Assembly (NCBI GenBank): GCA_010093995.1
Contig: ML992510.1
Location: forward strand, 137,504-201,503
Direction of reading: 5' to 3'
Origin: Elsinoe ampelina
Taxonomy: Eukaryota
DNA length: 64,000 nucleotides
How positions within the stretch are numbered: the stretch's first letter is position 1; every line of letters begins with the position of its first letter. The position numbers were made by a program, and so were the translations under genes. The notes beneath the pieces are model-generated. The model searched no databases and had not been told where the DNA came from. It was given only the letters and a program-made list of their open reading frames with translations. Below, piece after piece: positions 23,744 to 36,563 of this stretch.

Positions 23744-26700
23744 TCATGACTGGTCGGTCGGGTTAGGCCGGCGCCTGTATTCTTGGGACGCAAGGACGTT
23801 CCGCCACGAGTGTAGTCTATAGATCCATTCCATAACGATGTCTCTTCCAGCAATCATCTGCTTCTCCTCTGTCCATCCCTCAGTCATACCTTCCGACACA
23901 TTCAGCCCCAATTCGCCTCCCCCGCTCCGGACCAACCTTTCCCTCCTCCCCATCTCCTTTCCCCACCTCACCTCCCTAACAGCCCTATCCCTCCTCCAAC
24001 GCCACCCCACCCTCCTCCTCTCCACCCCCCCCCCCCCCCCCCTCCCACCAAGCAACTCATCCATCTGCCTCCCCGCGACCTTACACCGCTCCCTAACATC
24101 CAACTCCCCATCACCCAACAACGCCCTCGTCTTATCCTCGACGCCCAACGCGCGCAACTCCACGGCCCGCTTCCTCGCGTCGTCACGATCGCTCTGGTCC
24201 TCCACCCACGTGAGGTTGATGACCAACCACAGACAGGCGACGCGGATCCTGCCGTCGCGGTGCTGGAAAAAGGGCAGGAGGGAGCGCAGGAGGGTTTTCT
24301 GCGCGATGACGAGTTGGCGGTAGCGTGCGGATGTGGCTGCGATGTGCACTAGGACGTTGATGGACGAGAGGGCGAGGGCGTCGGGCACTGAAGGAGGGGG
24401 ACCGGTGTCGGGACCCGGGGAGAGGGAGAGGGACGTTGTCCCTCTGGCGTTTAGGGAGGCGGAGAGGCGGGTGGGTGGGGAAGGGTCGCGGGGTTCGAGC
24501 TTGGTGTGGAGGAGGTCGAAGATGCGGGTGAGGCCGATGACGGCGTTGAGGTGGTCGAGCATGAGGGTTGAGTCGTCGCCGTTGATGAGGTTGCGGATGA
24601 AGTCGAGGGCTTGTTCTTGGATGTCGAGGTCTTCTTGGCGGGATTGCAGGGCCGGATTATTTTCGCGGTCGCGGAGGATGCGGAGGGTGGTGAGGGTGGA
24701 CATGTTGGGTTTGAGGGTGGAGCGGATGGCTGAGGTGGGTGGGGTGGAGGAGCCGCCGGTTGGGTTGGGGGAGGATGAGCCGGATGACGGGGAGGGCGGG
24801 TCGAGTTCCATTTCTGGGGTGCTTGGAGCGTTGAGGATGTCGACTTGTTCGCCTAGAGCATTACTAGTAGACATGCCGAGAGGTGTGGTCGCGGTTGGTG
24901 CGTCACTGGATGGTGTGCCGCTGATCGCTTGTACGAGCCAGCCAGGTCCAAGTTCTTCTAGAACTTCGACTCGTGTCTCTCTTGGTGCACCGAGGACGAG
25001 ATGCTTCAACGCCCATAAAGACGTCACTCTTAATGACGGATTCGATTGTCGAGCATGCTCCGAGAAGAGCTTGATGGCGCCAGCATCCAACAAGTCCTGG
25101 GAATGATCAGTATTGTCAAGGAACATCGCAAAATCATACACACTGTTCTCATGGGACTGAAGTCCAAGACGAGATTACAGCACACGCTAGTAGCTGCGAC
25201 TTGGACGTCAGGGTCTGCATAGTGCAGTAAAGCAAGGATAGGCTTCGCTATCCCAGCATCGATCAAGCTCGTTCTGAGCAGGCTGACCGATCTTGCAAGC
25301 GACTTTGCAGCTTCACAAGCAGCGACTAGAACCGGTACCGTGTTGAAATTGCAGACGATGCTGGCAGAGGTAAAATTGGACACAGCAGCCTCTGTGATTG
25401 GCGATAGCGAGTCGATAACGTAACTCACCATACCTTGATCTATCAGTGCTTTACGATGCATATCTTCTCTTTGGGCGATCGCTGCCACAGCCCTCAGTGC
25501 TCCTGCTCGGACCTTCATGATGTGAGCGATTTCCGACGGCAAAGCTGCTTCACCCATTTGAGCCGATGGCACTGATGATGATGCTATCGAGTCTTTCTGT
25601 TGTGCCGACCACATGGGCCTAGCTATGTTGACGGGGTCGAACGACTTCCTCAACATAAGTGATACATGCTTGATTGCACCAGCTTCGACTGCCGCCTTCT
25701 GAAGCTCGCTGCTCGTCTTGATCAGAGATGCGAGCACACCACATGCTTCTTCTCGCAGTACGCGTGTGTCTTCCGATGTATCGTTAGGTAAATTGAGGGT
25801 AGTGACAGCATCTTGGACAAGCTTGACAGCGATCGGAAGTGCTAGTAATCCAACCTGTCGTTCTCTGCCGCGGATCGTATTTTGGCTACCAATCATAGAA
25901 GCAGCGGCGAAGTGATGCAGACCGAAGGAGGCGTTAAAGAGTGCCAACAGGCGAAGCGTAGCTAGCCGACATGATGGTATGTCAAGAGTCCTTGCCAGAT
26001 ATATGAGCCAGGAGCAGAAAGGATCGGTAGTCGTCACAGTGCCGGAAAGCTCGTGAGGTAGCTTCTCAAACGTCGAGTGCAGCGTAGGAAATTGAGGTGA
26101 TCCGAAACTAACAGACTTGGACATTGGTGCAAGGATCTTTGGAAGTTGTGCCTCGACCATCGCTCCGTTATCGTTACGCTCCTTGTTGTGCGAGTTGCCG
26201 ATGAATGCTCGTTGCAGAGGAGATGCGACTATCACTCGAAAGCATCGATAATTCGAGTTCCTCACGATTACCGCCAGGGCATTCAGGACCTTGCCTATAG
26301 TCCGGGTGGGCAGGCGAGTTGGCTGTTGCCCATAGACCATGGACTTCAGTGTCCTCGTATCCGTCAACGTCGAGTCCGCTAACAACGCAGCCAAAGCCTC
26401 CAGTGTCCCGGCTTTGGTCAAGGATGCTCGCGAATGATCATCGTTGCAAGCAGTGGCTATGAGACCAGCTGCCAGATCTATACGCTGCTTGCCATCCGAC
26501 GTGCGAGATGAGGCTTTGAGGAGCCGTAATAAGCGCTGGCAGTTCGTCTTGCTGAAGGCCTGGATCGCGAGAGGGGAGGGTCTTGTTGAAGATAGGCTGA
26601 AGTCGCTCAGGGCTGAAGAGGAGGCCAAGCTGTTGAGTGCTCGTAACGATGCTATAGATATCCGGATCGGAACATCCACGATGTTGTTGAACAGGTGCAC

Positions 26701-27024
26701 CACCACATTGCTGAGCAGTATCGGGCTCACGAATGCAGGTCCACCAATCGCTAAAGAATCGATGATCTGTGTAGCCTGTAATTGCACCTCATGGTCTGTG
26801 GTCCATTGATCGGTCCCAGTGTCATCCTGTCTCTTGCCTATCGACTTCTCCGTTGCTGTAAGAATATCCTCGAGCTTTGCCAGTATCCCGTTCGTCACTA
26901 CGAGCTCTTTCCGCAGTCCATGACCGACAACCTCATTCTTGATCCGGCGCAGATGTTGTACTTGCGCATCCAATTCCAGAGCCGCACTGATGTCTCCTAG
27001 ACTCTGAAGAAGGGCTGCATCCAT
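23744..27024 (-). CDS. Armadillo repeat-containing protein 8 (ARMC8 / Vid28-Gid5-like, GID complex)
   Basis: LRRIKNEVVGH..RKE, SLARSVSLLRTSLIDAGIAKPI, CNLVLDFSPMR, intron 25143-25097, DLLDAG, SLWALKHLV, QEQALDFIRNLI, WLVINLTW, LDVRER. The exact stop is uncertain because of a C18 homopolymer at 24025-24042. Confidence 0.87.
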
Positions 27025-27334
27025 GATTTGCCGTGTGCAGGCAATGCGCTGGTCGAGACCGAGGTGTGGCTCGGAGGAGGTGATGTTGGCGTGGGTGTCT
27101 CCGCAAAAGCCGATGGACGACGACCTTGAGGGGGTTGACAATCAGACCGGACGGCGTCACAGTTCGTCCTCATTAATTTCTTCGCTAAAGCTCACTTTTT
27201 GCAAGCACTGATCAAGATGAGGAATCTATGTGGCCATCCGTATTTGGGATCTATCTCATCTCTAATACATGAACACTATGGCCCCCCGTATGCATCCTTC
27301 TTTCCTGCATCCCTGCTGTGTAGGGATATATGCT

Positions 27335-29537
27335 CTACAACTTCGCCTTCGGGGTCTCCTTGCTCTCCTCGTACATCTCATCCAGTAGTGTCCTGTACTT
27401 CTTCGCCGTCTGCGGTCTCTTCAGCTTCAATCTGTTGACTGTCAGTAATTGCAGAAGCAAGCCTTTGGGAGGCACTCACGTGGGCGTCAAGAGCTCATTC
27501 TCCACAGTAAAAGGCTCAACCATGAGTCTAACATTCCGCACCCTCTCGTACGAGTTGAACTTGTTCTTCTTCCCAACCTTATCCAACTCTTTGAGTACCG
27601 CAGCCTTGACCTTAGGGTCCTCCGCAGCGGCTTTGATGCCGGCAATATCGGTCGGCGCGACACTCCTTCCAGTAGCCTTCTGCAAGAATGCAGCGAACAA
27701 ATCCGGTGCGACACCGAAGATGGCGACGAGGAACGCCTTGTCTGAGTCTCCGTGTACGTAAGCCTGTGCAAGGAATGGAAGGTTGCCGAGATAAACATTC
27801 TCAATCCGCTCGGGTGAGATGTACTCTCCTTGAGCCAACTTGAGGACGTTCTTGCGACGATCAATGATCTTGAAGCGGCCAAGCTCGTCAATCGAAGCAA
27901 TATCACCAGTCTTGAACCAGCCATCGGGAAGCATGGCTTTCGAAGTCTCTTCTTCATTCTTGTAGTAGCCAGAGAAGAGAGAGTTGCCACGGATGAGAAG
28001 CTCGCCGCGGGGGTAAGGCTTGTCAGTGACAAGGTAGTCCATGTCTGGCACAGAGAGCAGACAAAGTTCGTTCACAGGAGATACGGCGCCGCAGTTGCCG
28101 GCAGACATGTCGTTTGCGAGCTGGGCGAGAGACACAGCGTATGTCTCTGTGAGCCCGTAACCTTGAAGGAAGTCATTGGCAAAAACAACGCGAAGGAACT
28201 TGTGTAGCGAGGGATCGATCGGAGCAGAACCGGTGATCATACCGCGAGAGCGCTCGAGACCAAACGCTGAGACAACCTTCTTGGACCAGATGCGATCATA
28301 GAAGGCATGGCGATTCGTGGCTTTAGCAGGGTCCGGACTCTCGATGTTGGCCATCTTGGTGGACACAATGTGACGTGACAATGCGCCCTTGAAGCCAGGA
28401 GCCTCGACTGTGGCTCCCTTGATAGCGCCGCCGAAGCGGTTGAAGAGGCGTGGGACGGAGATGAAAGAGGTCGGGCGGAGAGCCTTGAGATCGTCGACCA
28501 GTTCAGCCACGTTGCCGTGGAAGTAGCCAATGCCTGCGCCGGACCAGAGAGCTGCACCCTCAGCCACACGTTCAAAGATGTGTGCGAGTGGGAGGTACGA
28601 CATGTGCACATCGCTAGTATTCTGTGCAATCAGGCAGAGTGAGGATGAGCATGCAGCGACCTGGTTGGCATGGGTGAGCACCACGCCCTTTGGTGCGCCT
28701 GTGGTACCACTCGTGTAGTTGATGGTAGTGATGTCAGAAGGAAGAGGAGCATTGTATGGTCGAGGGTTCGCAGCGCCGATAGCTTCGACGTCGGCCAAAG
28801 AGACAATCTTAATTCCAGACTCGGCAGCCAGGGCGTTCAGAATGTCGCCCTTGGAGTGACCAGCTGGCTCAACACCATGGCTAAGAGAGTCTAGAGACAC
28901 GATGAGTTTGAGAGTAGGGCAGCGGGGAGCAAGTTTGAGTAGTGTCGGGATGTGCGCTAACGATGAAGCAACACAAGTCAAGGTCGCGTGGTTGATGATG
29001 TACTCGGTGGTATCTGGTCCAAGAGTGTCGTATATCGAGACGCTGAACAAAGCTTGCGAGACACAACCAAGGTCGACAATCTGCCATTCTGGACGATTCT
29101 GACACCACAGACCAATGCCGTATTGCTTCCCGACTATGCCCAGCTCTTCATGGAGTATGACCAGACCAACACCAGCGTTGGCTCGCCTCTTTTGTACCTC
29201 GCCATATGTTTGCCAGACGTACTTGCCCCACGTCTTCGTTTGTTGATCATATGGACGGTGTCCGAGACATTTGGCGTTTGGGTTGCGGTTTGCCGCTTGC
29301 TCGAAGATGTCCTGACCGGTGGTGACCTGTGGCACTGATCAGCGAGAGACCAAGAAACACTTGTTGTAGCCTCACCGCCGGATCAACAGTCTTCATGATG
29401 CCATCCTTGAATCTCCAATGCCTGTAAATAGCTGTGCGGTCTTGTTGCTCGGTGCCAGGGACAGGCACGCTATGAGGGGCTCCAGGAGTGGCAGGGACCT
29501 TGATGGCCTCGGCCTGCTTTCTCGCCTCTGCAGACAT
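27335..29537 (-). CDS. Long-chain fatty acyl-CoA synthetase, peroxisomal (Faa2-like)
   Basis: YTSGTTGAPKG AMP-binding motif, QGYGLTET, WFKTGDI, DRRKNVLKLAQGEY. Introns 29375-29327 and 27479-27432. The last exon LTPTLKLKRP...KAKL* ends in a PTS1 tripeptide. Confidence 0.93.
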
Positions 29538-31786
29538 GGTGAACTCTGCAGGATACGGCTGTGAATAGAAGTAGACAGTAAAAGGTAGTGTTCTATAGTT
29601 CTATGCTCGATGTAGGTATGCTGTCGTGATCGGCCTCCGCCGGCTCTGTGACGAAACAAGCTGGGCAATGGTCAGCTGGTACAGTTCAGTATCTTCAACT
29701 GCTTTGCATACACAAGGAAGAGAATTGGGGTACAGCGGATCTACAGCAACTGAGTAGAATGACAGCCAGATGCAACAGAGATAAATTGCTGGGTTTGTAT
29801 GATCGGCAGGGAGCAGAAACCCGAGCTGTGAGCAGGGGGAGGGAAAGTCAAGAGCCAAAGGAATCAGAAAAGGACGCTAGTTCGGCGATACCGAGGCTCA
29901 AGGACTCAATCATGTGTTTAGTGAAATACTTGGCAAGGTCCAAGACGGTCGCCATCGAGCTCTTGAGGTGATGATTTGTAGCTAAATTCGGCGTAGATTT
30001 ATCCTCGATCTACTCCCCTCCTTCCGAAGAATCGTCGCATTTTCAACATATCGTTGTCGATGTACGATGGCATCTAAAGAGTCGAAAGCGAAGCCCTCTC
30101 CATGACTTCGTGTCCAAGCGTTGGTAAGCTGAAAAGCTTCACCTGTCTCGGCGACGTGGGGCCCCAAACTTCTTGTGCGGCCGCTCCGATACACCTCGGT
30201 TCAACGTTATCACATCTGCTGGACTTCGTGCTCGGTCCTAAATGATGGTCCCAGTGACATCCCATATACCAACACTTCTCCTATGACGTTTGAACAAGCA
30301 AAGAGTGGAATCCGATAGCCATGGCTTAGGCAGACCAAAGATTCAGGGTTTCTGTCACAGGCTCGAGGCACTTATCTTGGGTGCAAGGTCATTGCCAGCA
30401 ACTGACGCAGAACAGAGGCCTTCAATCAAGTTTTCTCTACTTGTGAATGCTCGAATAGACGCTCTTCTAGGTGAATGTCTCAAGAATGGCCTTTCTAGGC
30501 TGGTTCAGCGTTCTGGTGCTGTCTGCAGCCATCTCGGTCATTGTCAAATCAACACGATGGCTTGACCAAGCAACTTTACTCTGTAATTCTTCGTTGTCAG
30601 CTCTGGGGTGTGTAGTGCGACATATGGCTTCTGCTTGTTCACGCCGTCCGAGCGAAAACTTACTGTGGAAGCGTTAATCTCGCACCGGAGGTGGTCGGGT
30701 AAAGCTGGTGTCGAGCCATCAAAGTATCACCTCTGGCCATATCAGGCCTCCCTTTGTCGTTTTCCTACATCACCAGCTACCGTGATACTCACTAGCAACG
30801 CTCTACCTCCGCTCCGAGCTGATGTTATAGACCCGAGCTGTGCCATGGTAAGTATACATCATCCTACATCCCCAGACCACATCAGATCGTCTCCACTTCA
30901 CAACGTCCAACATGACAGCCATGACATTGCACAAGCCGAGATAGAGTCCGTGTAAGACCAACATCAGAACGTCGTTCGTTTTCTGGACTACAAACGCAGA
31001 CAAGGCACGCGAGGGATGGAACCCAACAGGGCGGGGGAGAGGGGAGAAGCCTGTCTTCATGATGCAGCACGCGTCTAGAGTGGTGGATGGGAAGGCGAAT
31101 AGGACATTCACAGCGCGACGGCGGGATGGGCCCGAGACCAGGCGGTGAGAGGGAGATGGGAGAGGTAGTCAGGCCGTGTTCGTTGACACCGTCAGGTGAG
31201 GGAAGACCACGCCAGCAACACGACACGAGATGGTCTCGAAGCATATGCGTGAGCTGCACCACCGTTTCCCATGACGTCCCACCTCGAACGAACCCGAACC
31301 CCCGCCTCCGAACCGGTGAACTGCAACGCCGCGGCGCAGCGAGCGGGAGCAGCCAGTCCCGACACCACGACAGCTCGAGCCAGAGGTCAGCGCCAGACAA
31401 CCTATAGTTCTCGCACCACTCCATTTGAATCTGCTGTAGTAATGATGAAATCTCCATTCACAAACCAGCTGACTCTTGGGATATATCCACTTCCACCTGC
31501 AGTCTCTCCAAAGCAATCTGCGACCGTTCCATTGCGCGAAAAGTGAAACAAAACCAAGCTCAGCTGTCAAAGCCCGCCCAGGGCAGTATTGTGGTATCTC
31601 AAAGCAGATTGCAATTTTTCTCTCAAAGATGGTAACAAAGCTCTCAAAGCTTTACTCTTCTCCTGCTGGCGTTGCATGCGTGATTCCAGACGCCGTGATG
31701 TAGAAACGAAAGGAGGTGCTCGGGGCAGAGCGTATTTCATTGCTCGTCAAAGCGTCGGGAAGAATAGGGCTTGCGGCGTGAGGCGT

Positions 31787-32433
31787 CTATGCGCTTGGGT
31801 GAGCGGCCATTTCTGGAGCAGCCTTTGTTTCGCCTGAGTTGCGGGTGCGGAAGACGTGGATGGTGGCCATTGTGGTGGTGATGGCGAAAAATACCCTATT
31901 TATAGGTTAGTGGGAGGTTCTGTGACGGGTGTTTCTCCTGTCCCGGTATTGACGTGTAGGGCAGAAGTAGGAGCTTCACATACCATTCGAATGCAGCGAA
32001 TGCAGCAGCAGCCTTTGCAGAGTTGCAGACATTGCCGAAGCATACGCGGCCGCCGCTAAGGAAGACGGCGAGGGCAATGAAGCCGGCGAACCAGAATAGC
32101 ATGGTGAGAGCCTCGACCCCGAGGATGGCGTACTTGTGGGCGAAGCGCTCGAACCGCCATTGTGAGAGGACGAGGAAGGCAAGTGCCAGGATGGTCCAGA
32201 CGGAGGTGAAGACGACAAAGTTGATCTGGGAAGGGGGCAAGGCGCGCCAGTAGCCTGCCCACCAGTTTGCGACTATGATGTGTTAGTTCTGCCATGCTGA
32301 AGTGAAGCTGGAGTGAGCTGGATTGAGCTGGAGACGTACCATATGCGGTCAGACCGAGGATAATGATGGTGAGCACGGCTTGCACTGCGCGAACTGGCAG
32401 CATGAAGCGGGCGAGAGTATCCATGATGGCCAT
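31787..32433 (-). CDS. MARVEL (membrane-associating) domain protein
   Basis: Introns 32339-32273 and 31983-31896. Translation RAVQAVLTIIILGLTAYV...PSQINFVVFTSVWT...EALTMLFWFAGFIALA...KAAAAFAAFEWVFF; 4 TM segments. Confidence 0.88.
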
Positions 32434-33609
32434 TTTGACTGATATAGCTCGAAGAGTCGAGTATGTACGGTGAATGAGGTGATAGGTATAGTCGATATAC
32501 AGACGTCGAGATCCAGTCGCGGAAGCGTGCAAATCGTCCTCGTCAACAAGGAATGCTGGTCGATCAAAACAGATGGAAGAGTGGATGTGGATGTGGATGC
32601 TGCGGTACGGGCCAGAAGGGTAGTTATGTGGGAATGAAGAAAACAGGCGAGCGCCACGCAAGGGTGTGAACCGTCAACGGTAAGAGTAAGAAGGTTACGG
32701 TAAAAGAGTGACGAGCAGGTGGTAAGATGAGAAACAAAACTACGTAGACGTGCGCATGATCTAGTGACGAACTTGGACCTTGGCCGGCGAAGAGGAAGCC
32801 ACAGTGGTGTTATTTTTTTTTCTGGCTGGCTCCATGGCACCACCGCTTCACACTCTGGTTCTCCGTTCCAATGATCGGTCAGAGATTTCACCATGCTCAT
32901 CCATTCACCAATGTGATCCACTCAATCTCTCTTCCGCATGCAATCTCGCGGCAAACAGGCAGGAATGCCCACGACAGGGCCGAGGACAGCGGGAGATGAA
33001 ACACGCAAGTTCTCGCTCGACATATGAACATGGAGAAGAGCAAATCAAAAACGGCCCGTCGGGAACTCTGCACTGGCCCAATCGTCTAAACCTCCCTGCA
33101 GGGCAGCTGATCAGAGCGGCGGAGCGCGCCCCCGCTCGCCTGTCAGATCGACGTGATTGGCGCTCATCTCCACACCTGCGGCTGGTGCTATCCCTGACAC
33201 CGCACGAGGCTCAAACCTTGATCTGCGACCGTCTTCTCTTTTGTCAAGCTGTGGATGACGTCGCGACAGCTGCCTGTCTCACGCGTGACGGGTAGCAGGA
33301 CTGCTGCCCCACGTGTTGAGGAGGGTATACACGGGCTGTGTTAAGAAACTTTGCCAGCGCGTACGGGCGGACAATGATGTAGTGAAGCGGTAAGATGATT
33401 GCGTGGACTCCATGTGGGAGGGGATTTATTTCAGGTTTTCCGTGGCCCTGCTGCCCGGAAATTAGCAGCAATCAATCTGCGGAATTGCTGGTGCCAGACA
33501 TGGTGGCCTGAATCGCGTGTCTGGGTCGGATCTTGATCGAGTTTACATGACAGTAGGGCACGAAATATTCATTAATGGTATACACATGGTCGTGTCGAGC
33601 GTAGAGACC

Positions 33610-36147
33610 TCATGCAGTCCATTCTGCCGGTCTCGTCCACTGGTCCAGCAATTGCCTCACTCTGTACTCTGTCGCCCAACCCGTCTCCTTTTCGATCCAG
33701 CGCAAATGGTCTACCAGTGTCTGCCTGACACCATCCAGCTCTCTGATTGCTTCTTCACCTCCACTGGCGTCGTGCAACACTTGTCCTGCGGCATACAGGG
33801 GCTGCACGCTGTGGACCAGAACGCCCTCGTCCGACTGCGCCAATCCAATGCTGATGATCTCACGAGCATGCTCCTTGCTTTCCCGCAAAGTTCGAGCATA
33901 GCTCAGATGTCGTTCCGCTAAGCTACCAGGGCCCCGCGCAGACGGCGACGGCATCGTCCCTGTCGGTGGTTGGCCAGTGCTGAGATGTGGCCGATTGTGC
34001 AGCAATTGGATCCGCGCAAAGTGATACCACTGCATCGTCGAGGCACACATGGGTCGCACGAACCATTTCTTCGGGACAAGAAGCTGTCTGCTGTATCGAT
34101 TGTTGGCAGGTCCATCTGTCCAGCTTGTTGATATTGGTCTGAAGCTGTCTGGTAAGCCATCAAACCAGATGTCGAATTGCGATACAAGCCCTTCCCAGTG
34201 GTTTAGAAGTGGTCTTTGTCGCATGCCAAAGCCGAGAGGCGAAAGATCCGAAGGTACATCATCTCCAGCTGCGATGAAATTGACAAGCTGCATGGCTAGC
34301 CAGACCAGTGCGTTGCAGACCATATCATCCTGCATCGGCGTAAATCGTTCTGGGTCATTCGACGGGATGATGTATCCAGAATCAGCAATGTTCAGACCGA
34401 CAGATCGCCACATCGATACGTCGCCAGTGTTCAGCCGTGAAGCAGTGTTGTTGATGAAGGCATCAAGCATATCCTGCCGAGCAATGTTCCAGAAGATTGC
34501 AATGCGGCTATTGACCGATGGTCTCCAGGTCTGACTTCCATTGCTGTGAGTTCTTTCAGCCGGCATGTTAAGTACACCCTCCTTTGCAATGTCGAACAAG
34601 CTCTTTGCGCCGTCGAGATGTCTTGACCATTCATCGCCAGAAGCGTCCAGAAATTCATAGACACACAGAATCGCTGTCGTACCGACTAGCTCGTCCGAAT
34701 CTGTGTGTGGTAGCAAGCCTTTTTTGTCCGGAGGTTCCAGCTCGCCGCTTGCTCCACTCCATCGTCTAGTCGAAGGTACACTTACACGCGCGATTGGGGA
34801 CCTTGTCTCTGCTGCGAGCGCCTGTTGAAGGTAAGTGATGGCCTTGTCGTAGTATGTCCTGGCTTTGTGCAACCATTCGCTACTGCTGAGACCCGTGTTC
34901 CGTAAGTGATCGGTGAGTGGGCTCAGCCGGCCCAATGACTTGGCAGCCAACGCCACCGCAGCATATAGCAGCAGTGGGCATTTAGCTGCTTTGATTGGCA
35001 CGTCCATTTCGAAGAAGCGACCTAGATCGAACAGGTCCATCCAGTGCCCCGGACCTCGCGAGAAGTGGCGAAGTAGAAATGAAATGTCATCGTCGTTCTT
35101 GTATAGCACCTCACTGGAGTATCTGTGGTCATTGCGTCGCCGACCGCTTCCGACGAAGAGAAATTCACCCGTCGGTGGAGATAGCGGATTAAGCTGTGGG
35201 TCGATTGACGGGAGTGATGTGACTGGCGAATTCTGATTCAGGATATAGTTGAGATCCTGGACGGAACCAGAATGCGGGGGCTGAGGGCTTGGTCCTGGCT
35301 GTGAGGACGATGGAGTGAGGTGGTCGCTCGCGGCTGATGGCGTATAGCCGTGGCCCGTTGCCACTGCAGACAAGGTTTCCAGTGCATGATTACTGGTAGT
35401 CCGGTGCGGTCGCACAAAGGTACCAGCTGATACAGATGGATGTCGATGGTAAGGAGCGGATGCGGAGGCGAGACTAGAAGCTGCTTCTTGGGCGGGATCG
35501 ATGCTGTAAGGATTCGAGATATGGACGAAGGTTACTGGGTTGGGTCAGTCTGTGGCTTGGAAGAGCCCCAGGAGTCTTGGTCCCTACGATCTTGAGGTAC
35601 ATCCACCCAGACACTCTCCTTTCCAAAACTCTCCTTGTAGCCATAGAACCTTTCAAGACTACCAGAGCCTTCACTGTTCAGAGAAGCATTCTGTTGATGT
35701 CTGAAGACTATGCCTGGGCTGGGTTTGCATTCCCGACGAGCTTTCTGGCACTGTCCGCAGACAGGCTTCTGCTCGTCACATTTGAGCTGCAGAAGGTCAG
35801 CGTGACGTGTTGAGACGAGACAGTAGAACCAAGAGGGACTTTCGTGGTGATGCACCCGCATGAAAGACCCCACAGGCTGGGAGCAGGGCACGTGATGCAT
35901 ACCTTCCGGTTACGACATGTGAGACTGTAGAAGGCAAGGACGTCCGCGAATCGCAAACAGCCATCTCATACTTGCAGACCCGACGATGGAGAAGATCAGA
36001 TGAGGCCATATCGGTCCCGCCGGATCTGCAGTGGTAGTTGAGATGACTGCTTGCGATAGCGGTTCGTCCAGGGAAAGTCAGCCGAGCTCCTCTCGAAACG
36101 AGCACCTCTTTGGGCTGGCTACTTTACCATCCGGTGCGGGACCTCAT
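33610..36147 (-). CDS. Zn(II)2Cys6 transcription factor with a fungal-specific C-terminal domain
   Basis: Exons 36147-36128, 35924-35903, 35786-35588 and 35534-33610 give [34 protein letters not shown]. Downstream: LLRHF...GHWMDLFD, ILCVYEFL, WSRHLDGA, FWNIARQD. Confidence 0.9.
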
Positions 36148-36563
36148 CGCCCCTGCATGATATGCTTCCTATACTATGCTCAATCTCATCCTGTTCGAAG
36201 TCCACGGCGGAACAAAAGGCACTGTGGGCGATCCGTCGCCCAGCTGAAAGGTGTTGTCGCGGGTGAGGGGTCGGGAGAAGTGGGACACATGGAAGCGCGG
36301 AAGAGGTTCACATCGGAAGCAACCTCGGGCACAAGATTGACCAAAACTTGCTTGCCACTATCTGGACATTTTACACCCAGAAACGAGCATGAATACAAGA
36401 TGGTACCAGCGTTATTAATCAATGCTTTCTTTGAGCAGTCATTTTGGAATAATGCAGCGGAGGCTTCATGCCCGTTGCTCCATGACCCGCGACTTTGCGG
36501 ATAGGTATCTAATGGTACAAGAATGAGGTGTTCGCAAGTCTCTTCAGTCGTACGTACGTGCGA

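Noticed and set aside
30835..30860. Minus-strand ATACTTACCATGG resembling the 5' end of U1 snRNA
   Set aside because: No U1 stem-loop I or Sm site is recognisable downstream. It is simply the complement of a + strand ATG|GTAAGTAT donor-like string, and I could not build a convincing spliced ORF from that either.
29600..31780. 2.2-kb intergenic region considered as telomerase RNA or a hidden gene
   Set aside because: I saw no TAACCCTAA-type template on either strand, and the ORFs show no recognisable motif. Eroded coding sequence near 30900-31150 cannot be excluded but is unsupported.
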